Below are positions 1 through 14,049 of a DNA stretch of 64,000 nt, one piece after another. Made by a program: the position numbers and the translations under genes. The number at the start of each line of letters is the position of its first letter. Within the stretch, counting starts at the first letter, position 1. The notes under the pieces are model-generated. The model saw only the letters and a program-made list of their open reading frames with translations. It was not told where the DNA came from and did not search any database. Source of the stretch: Eledone cirrhosa (taxonomy: Eukaryota); assembly GCA_964016885.1 (NCBI GenBank), contig OZ024740.1, positions 145,204,001-145,268,000 on the forward strand, in the 5' to 3' direction.

Positions 1-718
1 CCACTTCGTTGTTTAGTAAAAGCAGGCTGTATAAGACATTTGCATGTATAAAATATATGATGCTGCATAACTTTGAAACATAAGAAAATATGACTATCTG
101 TAATGACTGAAGATGAACGAACATAAATTTGCTGGGACAGTTGGCAACTTTCACTCTTATTTTTAATTCTCACAGATGAAGGACGAAGGGAATCCAATTC
201 CACATGTATTGCAGTTATATGAAGTTTTGAAGAGAATTATCAAACTCCAGTGCATGCAATGTTGCAAAACAAATGGAAAACTCCACTTTTTATTGAAGCA
301 ACAGAAGTAGCAAATTACGTAGTTTACGTGACTGAAATGTCAATATTAACTTAGCTTTATTGATCATATTCTGGTTTTCTCGGGGTACTAAAAGTACTAT
401 GAGTTCATAGAGAATATTATAAACAACAAACAAATCTTATGAGTTTATTTACTTTCCAGATTTCAACCTGTGAACTTACATTGCCACTCGCATACTTTCT
501 ATATTGTTGATTAGAACAAAATGTTTTATAAGAAACCAAGTTATGAGTATTGACTTTTTTTTTTCTTTCATCATTAAGGTCTTCGATATTGCGAAGCAAG
601 CGTACCAAATACATAAGAGAAGCATTGAAAGTGTATAATCAAAGTTAGATAATTAACAGACAGAAGAAAAAATACAGTGTTATGCGCAGGCAATTTTTAA
701 ATACACACACACGTATAC

Positions 719-761
<43 letters not shown>

Positions 762-763
<2 letters not shown>

Positions 764-1050
764 ATGATATTAAATAAATGGAAACTATATTTATAAAACC
801 ATATTTATTTTATTATATATATTTCAAGGGTACCAAGACAACATTGGTACACTTTCATCAGATGAAAGCGTACCAATGTTGTCTTGGTTCCCTTGAAATA
901 TATATAATAAAATAAATATGGTTTTATAAATATAGTTTCCATTTATTTAATATCATTGAATATTTACTCCAGTACTTGTTGAGTGCTCTAAATCAGTTAT
1001 AAACATTTATATTTGTAGGACTTCCAACAAATTAAATACCCCTTCTACTT
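762..1050. mobile_element. Solo PLE terminal-repeat fold-back (inverted pair) in a (TA)n tract
   Basis: ~100-bp inverted arms (762-870 / 870-958) pivot at TTTCATCAGATGAAAG; the plus arm continues to 1050; (TA)n on both sides; same family recurs at 21757-22023. Confidence 0.8.
806..876 (-). ncRNA. Minimal type-I hammerhead ribozyme motif
   Basis: Minus strand reads CTGATGA-AAGTGTACCA[loop]TGGTACCCTT-GAAA-TATATA-TA^ATAAAA; palindromic mini stem III as in PLE HHRs; 5' stem I altered by the fold-back. Confidence 0.7.
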
Positions 1051-1128
1051 ATATATATATATATATATATATAACAAATAAAGAGATATATGTATATACA
1101 AAGAGAGAGAGAAAGAGCCATATATCGC

Positions 1129-1173
<45 letters not shown>

Positions 1174-1218
1174 TTATTTATATGTGTAACGCAAGTACAT
1201 ATATGGATGTATTATATA

Positions 1219-1337
1219 TCTGAGTTCAAATCCAGCCGAGGTTAACTTTGCCTTTCATCCTTACGGGGTCGATAAAATAAAGTACCAGTAATACACTAAG
1301 ATAATTGCTGGCTTTGTGCCAAAAGTAGAAACAATTA
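1219..1337 (+). mobile_element. tRNA-derived SINE family A, 5'-truncated
   Basis: B-box GAGTTCAAATCC, core GCCTTTCATCCTTACGGGGTCGATAAAATAAAGTACCAG, tail GTAGAAACAATTAT; multiple copies in window. Confidence 0.85.
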
Positions 1338-1785
1338 TATATATATATATATATATATACATATACATGAGAGATATGTCATATAGTGCGAATAAAATAA
1401 ATACTTTAAAATGTTTGAATGGGCGGGGGGGGGGGGCTGTATATGTAGAGTCAATTTGTTACAATGTAGCGGTATTTTGAGATATGTTTAATTAGTGATA
1501 AGTATAATCAAAACGAGTAAATACGTACATTTGACAATATTAGATAAGAATAGTATTGTAGAAACACTTTTATCGGGCCAATAAAAACACTACAATATCA
1601 GTTGAGAGGAGAATAGCGTCTTAATTATCAGTGAAACAAATATAGTAACAAAAGTGTCTCCATATTGACAGCGGTGAACGATGACAACATGTCCATAGTG
1701 TGAGAAAAGACCAGGTTTAGTAAACATATTTACTTTGTTTTTTGGCCCTCACCAGTCATGACCATCCAGTATTTTTTATGGTTTA

Positions 1786-1844
<59 letters not shown>

Positions 1845-1848
1845 TAAT

Positions 1849-1928
<80 letters not shown>

Positions 1929-1930
1929 TA

Positions 1931-2870
<940 letters not shown>

Positions 2871-2872
2871 TT

Positions 2873-2904
<32 letters not shown>

Positions 2905-4035
2905 ACCACATACTCCAATATATTAATTTTTAAGACAATTTGTGGTAAATTTGACTGTTATTTCTCGCAAGTCGACCGATCATAGAAGCTAGTGTTTTCA
3001 ATATTTTGAAGGGTAAACACGCTAAATTAGGACCAAAAGGCACTAAAAACTCGTAACGATAAAAAAAATAATTGACCTGTTTGCTGAGAATTTCCCTTCC
3101 ATTGCAGTCCCTCCCCCGTCGACTTGGTGCTCCTTAGGAGCCCCAATAACAGACCTTGCCTTCGAGTCAATTTTCTAATCCAAAATTGTTAGCCTTGAGC
3201 AATTATTGAAGAGCATTGAAGCAATCGAGCCCATCAAGGTTTTTTCATACTCAATAATTACCTTTCGATTCCTAAGCTTCTATATATACCCAGGGTTAGC
3301 CATCAGATTTCCGCCATGTCTCCAATGCTTTGACGACCTAATCTTCGAGAAACTCGAGTGCTTGGTCAATGGCAGACTCTCTCCAGAGTCCCGTGATCAG
3401 GCTGCGTGGTCCAAGTGATTTGGAGGCCTTGGTCTACGTAAATGCTCGTCCTGCTCTCTCCCCTGCTTCCTTCCCCTGCCCACGTTTGCTCCGCACGGAT
3501 GAGCAGCATCCTCTCCTTTTCAACATGGACTAGTTCCAACAGGGAGATGAATGAATGTCTTCTACGATGGATTTTGTTTGTTCGATTGGGTTTGTTTGTT
3601 CCTGACAAGGTGGAGGACAAACAGAGACAGAGAGTTTGGGACAAAATACTTTCGAAGGCCACCTTTGACACTCTCTTCGACCAGTCAGATCAGTTCTCAA
3701 TATACCGCTTACTGTTTGCTAGCGTCAAGTACTCAGGTGACTAGGTTGATGCTCTACCTGTGGCTAACATTGGTGGCTTATTCAATTTGTACGAGCTTCT
3801 TGTCTCCATTGCTCTCTGAGTGGGAGCCGACGTCTTTACAGGTCTGAAATGTCGGTATGGTAGGCTCCTCGACTCCATAGGACTTCACAGTCTATCTTGC
3901 TGTCTGAATGCCGGTCGCTTCGTGCGTCACACTGAGCTAAACTTCATCATCAAGAGAGCTTTGGCCCGGGAAAACATCTCCTCAATTTTGGGACCGTCTA
4001 GGTTATCCATAATTGAGGGGAATGACCTGACGGTC

Positions 4036-4742
4036 TGTAGCAAGCTACTTTCCTTTGGCGCATTGATAGGCTATTCGTGCGTGATTTGGCTAAGTCAGGC
4101 CAATCATGAGCCGCGCACGGATATGTAATTTCAACTTCCGCCTAAACTGAGATTTTCCCGTGACTTTCAATAAACTCGAGCTCTTGCAGCTTTGACCGTG
4201 GAAAGGTAAACAACTATTTTTCTTTTGCCGTGAAACCATTAGCCAATATGTAACGACAAAGATATAACCACGGGCCTGGCCAACCCCAGCCAGTGGACCG
4301 TGCCTTCTGAAATCTTAATTTGTTTGTTTCATTTGTTTTGGCATGCCAGCCCAGCTTAACCCAGCTCAATCTTTGTAATCGGTTTGTGAATAAATTATGT
4401 AAAAACGTTGCAAAGTCTTGTGATGCTATTTACTACAGCCATTGCCATTAAATGTGATATGGAAAGATCCTTTCCAGAGTTATTATCACAGCAGCAACAG
4501 AACCTGAGACTTACAGCCGAACCTCAATTCAACTTACATTTATTGATATAACAAACCATACCTTTCCTGTTACAACAAACTACATATTGTCGTTGATATT
4601 GTTACTACATGGCATCATATTATTTAACAGCTAAAGTGGTGACTACTAAATGTCTGCTATATTGGTGACCTCTGTTGATACACAATACAAATACCAAATA
4701 ATACAAAGATTATTATTATCATTTTATAAACTTATTGTTAGA
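4036..4742 (+). mobile_element. Solo LTR family S, copy 1
   Basis: TGTAGCAA...TTGTTAGA termini, 4-bp TSD GGTC; removal restores the CRE PDGLT codons. Confidence 0.75.
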
Positions 4743-4807
4743 GGTCTTACCCTGTGTCCCTGGATAAGAGGCAGGTGTCTTATCTGGGACGTCACAGTTA
4801 GTGACTC

Positions 4808-5407
4808 TATAGCAAGAAAACAATATTATGCCATGCTGGCATAATATTAATAAGAAAGTTTATTTATGCCGTGTTGGCACAATAAGAATAAGAGGCTGCG
4901 TGTTGTAGATGATAGTACACGAGGTACTGAAGTATCAATAAATGTAGTTGTTGCGTGTTGTTTTTATAACACGAGGAGTTGTTAGGCTATTTGTTATGGC
5001 TAGAAATGTAACGTACATTATGTGTGAGAGAAGTGAATGTTTGTTGAAATAGTTGTAAGTCTTCGATAACATTTTTACATGTTTTTATTTACAACTAAAT
5101 TACAAAAGTTAAGCAGGCATGCCGTTCAAAAAGATACAAATAAAATTAAGAACCAAGAAGTAAGAAAGGCGATGTGCTTTGCCTAAGGAGGTCGATAGGC
5201 CAAAATGAAAATCTCAGCGTTACATAATAGCGTGTTTTCCTTTCAGAGTTCAGGCAGCAAGAGAGAGTATATACGAAAGAAGCGGGAACATTTTTGTTTG
5301 GGCGGAAATTGGAATATGTATTCGTGCGCGGCTTACGATTGGCCTGACTTAGCCAAATCACGCACGAATAGCTTATCAATACGCCAAAAGCAAGTAGCTT
5401 CGCTACA
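4808..5407 (-). mobile_element. Solo LTR family S, copy 2
   Basis: Minus termini TGTAGCGA...TTGCTATA, TSD ACTC/GCTC; homologous to copy 1; removal restores SDSFA. Confidence 0.75.
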
Positions 5408-6404
5408 GCTCTTTTGCTTCTTCCCACATCCTTAATGCTGCGGTTTGGACGAGAGCTACAGCTTCCGGAGCCGAACGGAACAAAATTCTGAAATATCAAG
5501 ATCTGTTGGTTAACTACATTTTCCAGCCTATGGTGTTCGAGACGTTTGGGGAAGTCGGTCCGCTAACTGCGAGGTTCTTGTCTTCACTGGCGGCTCGCCT
5601 AACCGAGGTAACAGGTAACGCTCGTGAAGGCGCTTGGTTGTTCCAGCGCATCAGCCTCGCTATCACCCGAGGTAACGCTGCGAGCGTGCTGGCTTGCTTC
5701 AAAAATTATATGAGAGGGTTTTCCAGTGCTCCTCGCGATATCGTTATCTTTTGTTCTGGCAGCGGTTCGTTTGTCCACCCCTTTCGCTTGCCTTTTGTTG
5801 TATGTGGTCCTGTAGCGGCATTACTTCGTAGCTCGCAACAACAATCTTTCATGCGCGAGTTGGTCACTGGTTGACCAATCATGTAAGTCGCGCATGAATA
5901 TACATACTTCCACCCAACAAAGAATTTCGCGCTTCTTTTGTTGACTAGAACTGGTTGCTGCTTTCACTTCAAGAAGATAATATCCATATACCTTTGCGTG
6001 TCAACACTAGCAAAATGTAACGTTAAAAAAAGAAATCTTTGGTCCTATCGGCGAGGGACCACTTTCTTTGTATCACACACTTATTTTTGTTCGTTCACTT
6101 TTGCGGCATGCCGTCAACAATTTATTGTAATTTTGTACGGTTGTAAATAAACCATTTGTAAAAATGTTAAAAGCCTTCTGATATTTCTGCCACCAACGAA
6201 TCTGCACACACACTAAAAATATAACGTCGGACGTGATATGGGAAAATCATTTTTCCCAAGGTAATATCACCATAACAAGTGAGTACAATATTTGACTTCG
6301 CTAACTCACTTGCCAACAACTATGTTACAGATTCGTCTCCTTTCGTGGCGACAACCTTCAACCATTAAAAACTTCAATTTCTACTTTAACTTCAATAACG
6401 TTAT

Positions 6405-6851
6405 TTAGGATATTAGTATCAGTGTATATATATTATCAAGAATGACAATAAATGCAGGTGAGTGTTGTGACATGGTTTTACTTCACAGAAATCAAATAAA
6501 TTAATATAAATAATTGTTACCACATGTTGATGGTCAGTTGGTCACAACTCCCAGACTGGAGTGTGTGGAGAAGAACAGAAATCTTCTCTTGGTAAGGTTC
6601 AAGTGTTTCTTTAGGCTGCCGGTGTTCTTCTTGTTGCGGGCGAAGGAAGTGAGACAGAATTACCTCGCGTTCTCAAATATATAGTCCCCAGGGGGACGCA
6701 ACTCCATTTAGTACATGGATCTGCCACTGGGAGTCGCGACCGTCACAAAGGGACGCAACTCCTATACGTATCTGCCACTGGGAGTCGCGACCGTCGCAAA
6801 GGGACGCAACTCCTATACGTATCTGAGTTACAGCCGTAAGGGGCTGCTACA
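6405..6851 (-). repeat. Gypsy 3' LTR
   Basis: Direct repeat of 11518-11965; begins TGTAGC next to the PPT; contains ~50-bp tandem units. Confidence 0.95.
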
Positions 6852-7038
6852 GTACCCTCCTCCAGACGCTAGGCGAAAAGCCCGAAGCTAACTGTAACGA
6901 ACCCACAAGCATGGGCTCCCAGCACAAGCATGAAATATCAACGCAAGGGGTACATGTATGAAATCAGGCATGAAATGGTAACGAAAAGGTACATGGTAAT
7001 ACAATAAAGAGAAAAACAAAAAAGCTCCAGTGGCCAGT

Positions 7039-10000
7039 TCACATGAAAACAGTTTGGCAGAGTTTTTTTGGCCAGTGGGCTCTTCGACTGGAGCGGGTCG
7101 TGGTCTTGTATGTAGGTGAAGGTGGGGCAGAAGGAGCAGGTGTATGCACAAGAGAGAAAGATTGGGGTATTTGTGGCTCGGGTGTATGAGCATCATTGTA
7201 TGCCCTTTTTAGTCTATCCACCGAAATTGTCTCTCTGGACCCCTTAATGTCTACAGTGAAATGTTTGTCAGTACGTGCTAACATACGGTAGGGTCCAGAG
7301 TACGGTTGTGTGAGGGGTGGAGTAACCGCATCGTTTCTGAGGAATACATGTGTCCACGAGGCAATATCCCTCGGGACTGCAGCTTTAACAGTTTGTTTCC
7401 TAGTATTCATGGGCGATAAGTCCTGAAAACGAGATACGTAGGAAATAGGGTCCTGGAAAGCAAGATCAACAGGGGCAAGCATTTGCCCAGGCAACGCTAG
7501 AGGAGCACCATACAGTAATTCGGCCGGAGAGAACCCAAGATCCTCCTTTATTGATGACCGAATTCCTAATAACACAATAGGAAGGTACTCGCTCCAACGT
7601 TGAGAGTCTGGATAGGCGCGAAGAGCGGCCTTTAATGGGAGGTGGAATCGTTCCACCATTCCGTTTGAAGCAGGATGATAAGCTGTGGTCCGAATCCGTT
7701 GAGCGCCAATGATCTTTGTGAGCTCAGAGAAAAGATGAGACTCAAATTGTCTACCACGGTCTGTGGTGACTGTAGTTGGTACCCCAAAGCGGGTAATCCA
7801 CCCTGATACCAGGGCACGCGCTACAGTCTCGGCAGTTATATCTTGTAAGGGGATGGCTTCAGGCCATCGCGAAAAACGATAGATACAGGTCAAGAGGTAC
7901 GAATATCCACTGCTGAATGGCCAAGGTCCAACGATATCAATGTGGATGTGCTGAAACCGAGCATCTGGAGTACTGAAAGTACCAAGTGGAGTCCGGATGT
8001 GTCTGTGGAATTTAGATCTCTGACACTGTGTGCAGGAACGGCACCAGACAGTAATTTCTCGCCTCATATTGGGCCAGAAAAATTTAGCCGTTATAAGCTT
8101 TACTGTGGCAGAAATTCCTGGGTGAGAAATGCTGTGCAAAGCAAGGAACACAATTCGACGGTGAGTCTCAGGAACAAATGGTCGTGGTGAATCCATAGAT
8201 ACATCACATAGAATCTGCCTGTCGGTGGTTGACAAGAGCAGATATTTGAAGATGCAAGTCGCAAATTCGCCAGAAAGAGTATCCAACGATTGGAGTGCAG
8301 GCTGGTCTGCAGCTAAACGACCTAAGTCGATCTCCTGGGATGACGAGATGGAGCTGATTGGCAAACGTGACAATGCGTCTGCAGCTATGTTATGCGAGCC
8401 AGCAATGTGCTGGATATCATTTGTAAATTGCGAAACGTAGTCCAGGTGCCTTGTCTCTCTGGGCGAATATCTGTCGGCTTTAGCACTCAAAGCGAAGGTC
8501 AGAGGTTTGTGGTCGGTTAAAACAGTAACATTTCTCCCCTCAAGAATATGAGACAAATGTTTCACCGACAGATATATGGCTAATAATTCCCGCCCAAACG
8601 TGCTGTAACGCGTTTCTGCTGGTTTCAGCTTCCTCGAGAAAAATGCCAAAGGTTGTTGGTTTCCAGCGTTGAACTGCTGTAAAACTGCTCCCACAGCGGT
8701 ATCAGATGCATCAACACAAAGCGAAAGCTTGGCCTCTGGTACCGGGTGGGCTAGCAAAGATGAACTAGCGAGTGCTGTCTTGGCAGTCTGGAAGTCTTGA
8801 AGCTGTCCTTGTGTCAAGGAAATATCCTCATTCTTCTTACGACAATTTTTCAAAATGTCAGTAAGGGAAGATAGCAAATTAGCACAATGAGGAACGAAAC
8901 GCCTATAGAAATTGATTAGGCCTAAGAACAGGTGAAGTATAGTAGGCGGAGGTAAATCCTGTATGCCTTGAACTCGCTGAGGGAGCGGCCTAATACCTTC
9001 GGCGTCGATGAGGTGGCCTAAAAAATTTAGCGAAGTGGAACCGAAAACACACTTTGCGGGATTCACACGAACCCGGTAATCCTGAAGTCGCCGAAATAAG
9101 AGATGCATGTGGCGCATATGTTCTTCCGGAGAGGAACTAGCGACGAGAATATCGTCTATGTAAGCATAAACGAAGTCCAGACCAGGAGTGACTTCGTCTA
9201 TGAACTGCTGAAAAGTGCTAGCGGCGTTCCTGAGTCCGAAAGGCATGGTCAAAAAGTCGAAGGATCCGAAAGGAGTTGTAATCGCCGTTTTCGGAACATC
9301 CTCCTTCCTGACCGGAATTTGGTGGTAGGCTCGCACTAAATCTAGCTTTGAAAAAATCTTACACCCCTGTATGAAGATGCGAAATCCTGGAGATGGGGAA
9401 TGGGATACCTATCCGGGACGGTCATGGCATTTAACCTTCTATAAACCCCAGTGGGTCTCCAGTCGCCGGAAGTCTTGGGCACCATGTGTAACGGTGAAGC
9501 CCAAAGACTCGTAGATGGCCGAATAATGCCCAGCTGCAGCATATGGTCGAACTCGGACCGAGCTGCCTTTAATTTTTCCGCCGGTAAGCGGCGTGGACGC
9601 GAAAACACTGGAGCACCGGTGGTGGAAATGAACTGTTCAGTTGAGTGGGTTGGCTCAGTGACTCGAAAATTTCCATCGGTGAGCTCCGGGAAAGAATCTA
9701 ACAACGAATGGTAGGCGTCTCCAGCGGCAGCGATGAAGAATATGGGGCTGATTGTTGGAGCATTGGCTTTCCGGCCACGAATTGAAAAACCGGTGATGTC
9801 ATCCACCAGGCGTTGGCCACGGACGTCCACAATCAAAGAGAAGTTGTGGAGGAAATCCGCTCCTAAGATAGGGTATGGCAAATCGGCAACCGTAAAAATC
9901 CACTTAAAATCCCTACGAAGATTTAGGAATTTGAGAGGAAGCGAGATTTGCCCGTACGTCTTTATAGACGAGTGATTAACAGCCTGCAGAGTAACGGATG

Positions 10001-10075
10001 ACTCTACGGGGGTATCTTTCAGGCAATGGCCGGCCAAATACTACAGCAGGCTCCTGTATCCACGAGGAAACCTCT
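7039..10075 (-). pseudogene. pol: Gypsy pol (protease, RT, RNase H, integrase), frameshifted
   Basis: FLVDTGA protease (~10050-10075), MPFGLRNA and YIDD RT, DAS/TDHKPL RNase H, HHCC finger and D,D35E integrase; frameshifts near 10040 and 9340. Confidence 0.95.
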
Positions 10076-10143
10076 TCCCGACCTAAGGTCCTTAATGAAG
10101 AAATGGCGGTTTGGTGGCTTTATGTTGAGTTCAACTGCCCCCA

Positions 10144-10953
10144 TCAGCGGACCTCTTTGGCCTTTTCCGCCTTATGAAACGAGCAAGGTTGCACGCAGTG
10201 GTTCGCGCTCTCGGCAAATTGCTCATGGTACCAGCATAATGATGAAGCTGGTGACTTGGAGCGGCGTCTAAAAGATTGAGATCTCCCGCGGCTGCGGGGG
10301 CGCGAACGGGCACCGCACCAGGCCTTAATCTTCTGGAGCTCTAGGATGAGTTCCTGAATGGCCTTCTGCATCGCCATAATAGCTGAGCTCCTCATAGGAG
10401 CTGCCGCGCAGATGGCATGGCCAGGTGTGGCCTGAGCTGGTTGGGAAACAGCGGCAAGTGCGTCGCTACCTCCAGCACCCGTATCTTCGAAAACTTTGTC
10501 CGCGGAGGCTACAAGCTGATCCACCGTGCAAGTATCCCTAATGGGGGCCTCAATTTCCTGTACGTTGGTCGGTAGGCGCGAGAAGAACAACTGCTTCAAC
10601 ATGGCAGTTTCCGCTACCGACCCCTCCGTTAGGTCCTTCATTCGCCTTAGGAGGTTCGATGGGGTGCCATCACCGATATGCTCCAGATGGACCAGAGCCC
10701 TAAATCTTTTTTCTGCAGACTGTGCAGTCCGGCTGAGTATTTAAACCTTCAGTGACTTGTACGTCGCGTCGGTGGGTGTCTCTAACACGAGGTCCTTAAT
10801 CGCTGGGATAAGTGCCGGCGGAATTGCACTAAGGACCAGAGGACGTTGTTGTGCCTCGTCAATTCTGTTCGCCTCGAAAAATGCTTCGTGTTGGGCGAAC
10901 CATAACCTTACGTCGCCCGTGTACGTAGGGATAACAGAATGAGATGCCATTGG
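10144..10953 (-). pseudogene. gag: Gypsy gag, interrupted
   Basis: LWFAQHEAFF..ATYKSLK, in-frame stop at 10741, GDGTPSNLLRRMK..LFFSRLP, C-terminal CWYH..F..A..C..PC knuckle. Confidence 0.85.
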
Positions 10954-11501
10954 TATACCGTAGGTAATCTGCCAAAAAAAATCGTCTCCATTTGGAAAAA
11001 TGTCTCCAAAGGAAAACAAAATCGCTTATTTTTCTCTGTCAAACAACTGGACAGGAAAAAGAATGCATCCGAGACAATATGCAAAGGAGCGACTAACCGA
11101 GTGATGTCATTAATAAGGTATAGGCAGGGAATTTAAAACTAAAATCAAGATGGCGGACTATTTCGTGCCAAAAACACTATTGATGGAGAAGAAAGCCGCC
11201 ATCTTGTCATCCTCAAAATTTTTAGCCAGAGAAAAGAAGAAAAGAAGAAAAGGAGAAAAAAAAAGAAAAAACATTCATACAATTGCTGTTTGTTTGTGTG
11301 TAAATAACTTTGGGTGTTCGTTTTTCACATATGAAGAGTTTGATGTTAAGTGTTACAGAGAAATATTTTTAGATCGGTCAATACAGCCATATCAGAATCA
11401 AGTGTGTTGTTCCGTATTAAATGTTTTTCTTTCTTCCTCTTTTTTTTTATATACACATGGTACCATTTCCCATTTTTTTTATTAATTTTTTTTTTTTTTA
11501 A

Positions 11502-11515
11502 ACGTCAGATCACCA
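11502..11515 (-). promoter_or_regulatory. Primer-binding site, possibly tRNA-Trp-like (degenerate)
   Basis: TGGTGATCTGACGT 2 nt downstream of the 5' LTR; resembles TGGTGACCCCGACGT. Confidence 0.55.
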
Positions 11516-11517
11516 AT

Positions 11518-11965
11518 TTAGGATATTAGTATCAGTGTATATATATATTATCAAGAATGACAATAAATGCAGGTGAGTGTTGGGAGATGGTTTTACTTCA
11601 CAGAAGTCAAATAAATTAATATAAATAATTGTTACCACATGTTGATGTTCAGTTGGTCACAACTCCCAGACTGGAGTGTGTAGAGAAGAACAGAAATCTT
11701 CTCTTGGTAGGTTCAAGTGTTTCTTTAGGCTGCCGGTGTTCTTCTTGTTGTGGGCGAAGGAAGTGAGACAGAAATGCCTCGCGTTCTCAAATATATAGTC
11801 CCCAGGGGGACGCAACTCCATTTAGTACATGGATCTGCCACTGGAAGTCGCGACAGTCACAAAGGGACGCAACTCCTATACGTATCTGCCACTGGGAGTC
11901 GCGACCGTCGCAAAGGGACGCAACTCCTATACGTATCTGAGTTACAGCCGTAAGGGGCCGCTACA
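11518..11965 (-). repeat. Gypsy 5' LTR
   Basis: Direct repeat of 6405-6851, followed by PBS. Confidence 0.95.
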
Positions 11966-12187
11966 GTTACATCTACTGCTACAAACATCTTTCCCGCTAT
12001 CACAACTAACTAAACATTCCTTTCCTGCTATATCTACAAAACTATACTTTTATTGCTAAAGTCCTATATGTGTGTATTACCTGGTTGTGTGTTGTTTTTT
12101 TTTTATTTGTAATATTATTTATACAATTATGAGTAAAATTATTTTGGTCCCGCTTCTAATTTAGACACATTACACCTGAAATATACT

Positions 12188-13356
12188 GGTAATTTACTAT
12201 TTTATGTTCACAAACTCAAATAAATATTATCGCTAGTTATGTCTGGAGGTCGAAAGTGAAACTGTTAAGCGGTGAATTAAGCTTGTAGTAAGACGCCTCA
12301 CGCCTCCTGGCGGATAATGGAACAACCCTAGTTGTCTCCCCTGGTTGAAAACACCAGAGGTGAACAGACAGACAGCCACGGGAAAGCAGACTAAATACAC
12401 GCCACAGAAAACACCCTCTGTACCACGAAACGATAAACAGCCCTCGGGAACAGCAAACACCACAATACCTTTGTAATTGTAATACGCTCCCATCACAACA
12501 ACTGGATCGCGTCTATATTTGGTATGTTCCATTTGTAATATAATAAACACATATAAACAAAATAAACATCACCATTATTTACATTTGTTGAATATAACTC
12601 TCGTTGTGGTTATTGTCTTGTTTACGCACACACCCACTCACTTGTTATAATTCTCACTTACAAAAATGGTAAATAGACGAGGGACCTTCCCTCACGTCTA
12701 TGACGATAAACAATCCAACTAGGATACATTATTTTACCACAAGCTTAAAAGTTTCACTTTTGAAAATTACTTTCACTTCTGACCTGGAGGTCGACCTGCT
12801 ACTGTGCCAAAATATATTGTTCCACCAGATGAAGTAATGAATAGCACTCAAATTTTGATTGAGAAATATAATATAATCAAACTTGCAAGAGATGTAACTG
12901 TACTTGGACCTGTATACAGTGGTGTGCACGTAGACGGCTTTTACGCAATACTTTGATTTGTGACTCCTGTAATGCTGAATGCTTCCTAATTAATAGAGGT
13001 GATATATCTGATGGCAAAACATGGTATTGCAGTAGATTGATGTAATTTTTGTCGCGAGGCATGTGAGATGTGGCTTGAGCAAAACCCCCAACAAATAGGT
13101 GGGATTAATGAGGATAGAGAACCAATGACGGTGGAAGTGGATGAAACTAAATTTTTTCATCGAAAATATCACTTTTAATTCTATGTCTCTTTTTGTATCT
13201 AATAATTTTTCTCTCTCTTTTTCAATAAATAACCTAACCCTAACCCCTTGTCAGTAATTTTACTTGTGGTTCACCGCTTAAGTTTCACTTTCGACCTCCA
13301 GACCTAACTAGCGATAATGTTTATTTGAGTTTGTGAACGTAAAATAGTAAATTACC
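12188..13356 (+). mobile_element. Merlin (IS1016-like) DNA transposon, internally deleted
   Basis: ~90-bp TIRs starting GGTAATTTAC, exact 8-bp TSD AATATACT, transposase remnant QIGG..VEVDETKFFHRKYH (~13090-13172). Confidence 0.9.
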
Positions 13357-14049
13357 AATATACTTATATATATGGCAGATTTACTAACCTGTGTTATAAC
13401 ACCGACTACTACGATGACTATCACAGCCAAAATTCTTTGTCCAGTGTTTGAGGAGGAATAAAATGGTCGCAGAGATAGTTTACTGAAAACAGGAGCTTGG
13501 TTTAAATACCTCTAGGTTTCATCATAGTTATTTCCGGCGATGACATTGTAGCTATTGTAATCAGCGTTTCGTACATGCAGATTTACCTTTCTAATAATTT
13601 CGCTGCATTACTTCCCAGACTAGATGACTAAGAAAATTATCTATCGAAACAAGAAGAAGCGAAAGTGATAATTTAGTGCTACTAGTGTCTAGGTTGAATA
13701 TGTGAGATCGAGATCTTTGTTGGCTGAAGTGAACTCGGGAGATTTGAGACTAGTTTGAACTTTAACTGTAACCGTATAGTGTGCAACTGCATTAGCAAGT
13801 GAATCTGCTATATGCAATGTTGCGATCTCACGTGTGTCTGAACGGTTGTGTGAAGCAATAGCTCGTCCGCAATTCAAAAAGTGAGTTGAAGGTGGAGAGA
13901 AGAGAGAATATTTCACAAAATCCCAGATAAATCAATCACATACAATAGCTATGGACTTGTATTTCTGTGGAAATGTGTGTAACATGTTAAAAGGAATGTG
14001 GTTGTGTGTGTATGTGTAAACATTTGAAATAGCAACTCGTTGATGACGT

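Larger units (their letters stand above)
3050..5810 (+). mobile_element. Decayed CRE-like non-LTR retrotransposon (RLE endonuclease end), split by solo LTRs
   Basis: GGLGL motif, C/H finger (GLHSLSC..GRFVRH), PDGLTLCPW..LIWDVTVSDSFA reassembled after removing two insertions, FETFG..QRISLAITRGNAASVL; 3' UTR appears to resume at 12061. Confidence 0.8.
6405..11965 (-). mobile_element. Full-length decayed Gypsy/Ty3 LTR retrotransposon
   Basis: Two ~447-bp LTRs (~97% identical by eye), TSD GTTAT/GTTAC, PBS, PPT GGAGGAGGGTAC, order gag-PR-RT-RH-IN. Confidence 0.95.
5811..12060 (+). mobile_element. Solo LTR family S, copy 3 (5811-6404 + 11971-12060), interrupted by Gypsy
   Basis: TGTAGCGG...TTGCTAAA termini, exact TSD GTCC (5807-5810 / 12061-12064), CCAATCATG..CGCGCA block shared with copies 1-2. 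Confidence 0.7.

Noticed and set aside
176-334. Possible plus-strand exon after TTCTCACAG (52-codon frame)
   Set aside because: No partner exon or recognisable motif; window edge limits context.
6691-6826. CRISPR-like repeat-spacer pattern
   Set aside because: Spacers are themselves repeated, the array is inside an LTR, and there are no cas genes in this eukaryotic context.
13689-13916. 75-aa minus ORF with upstream pyrimidine tract
   Set aside because: No AG acceptor at the expected place and no motif.
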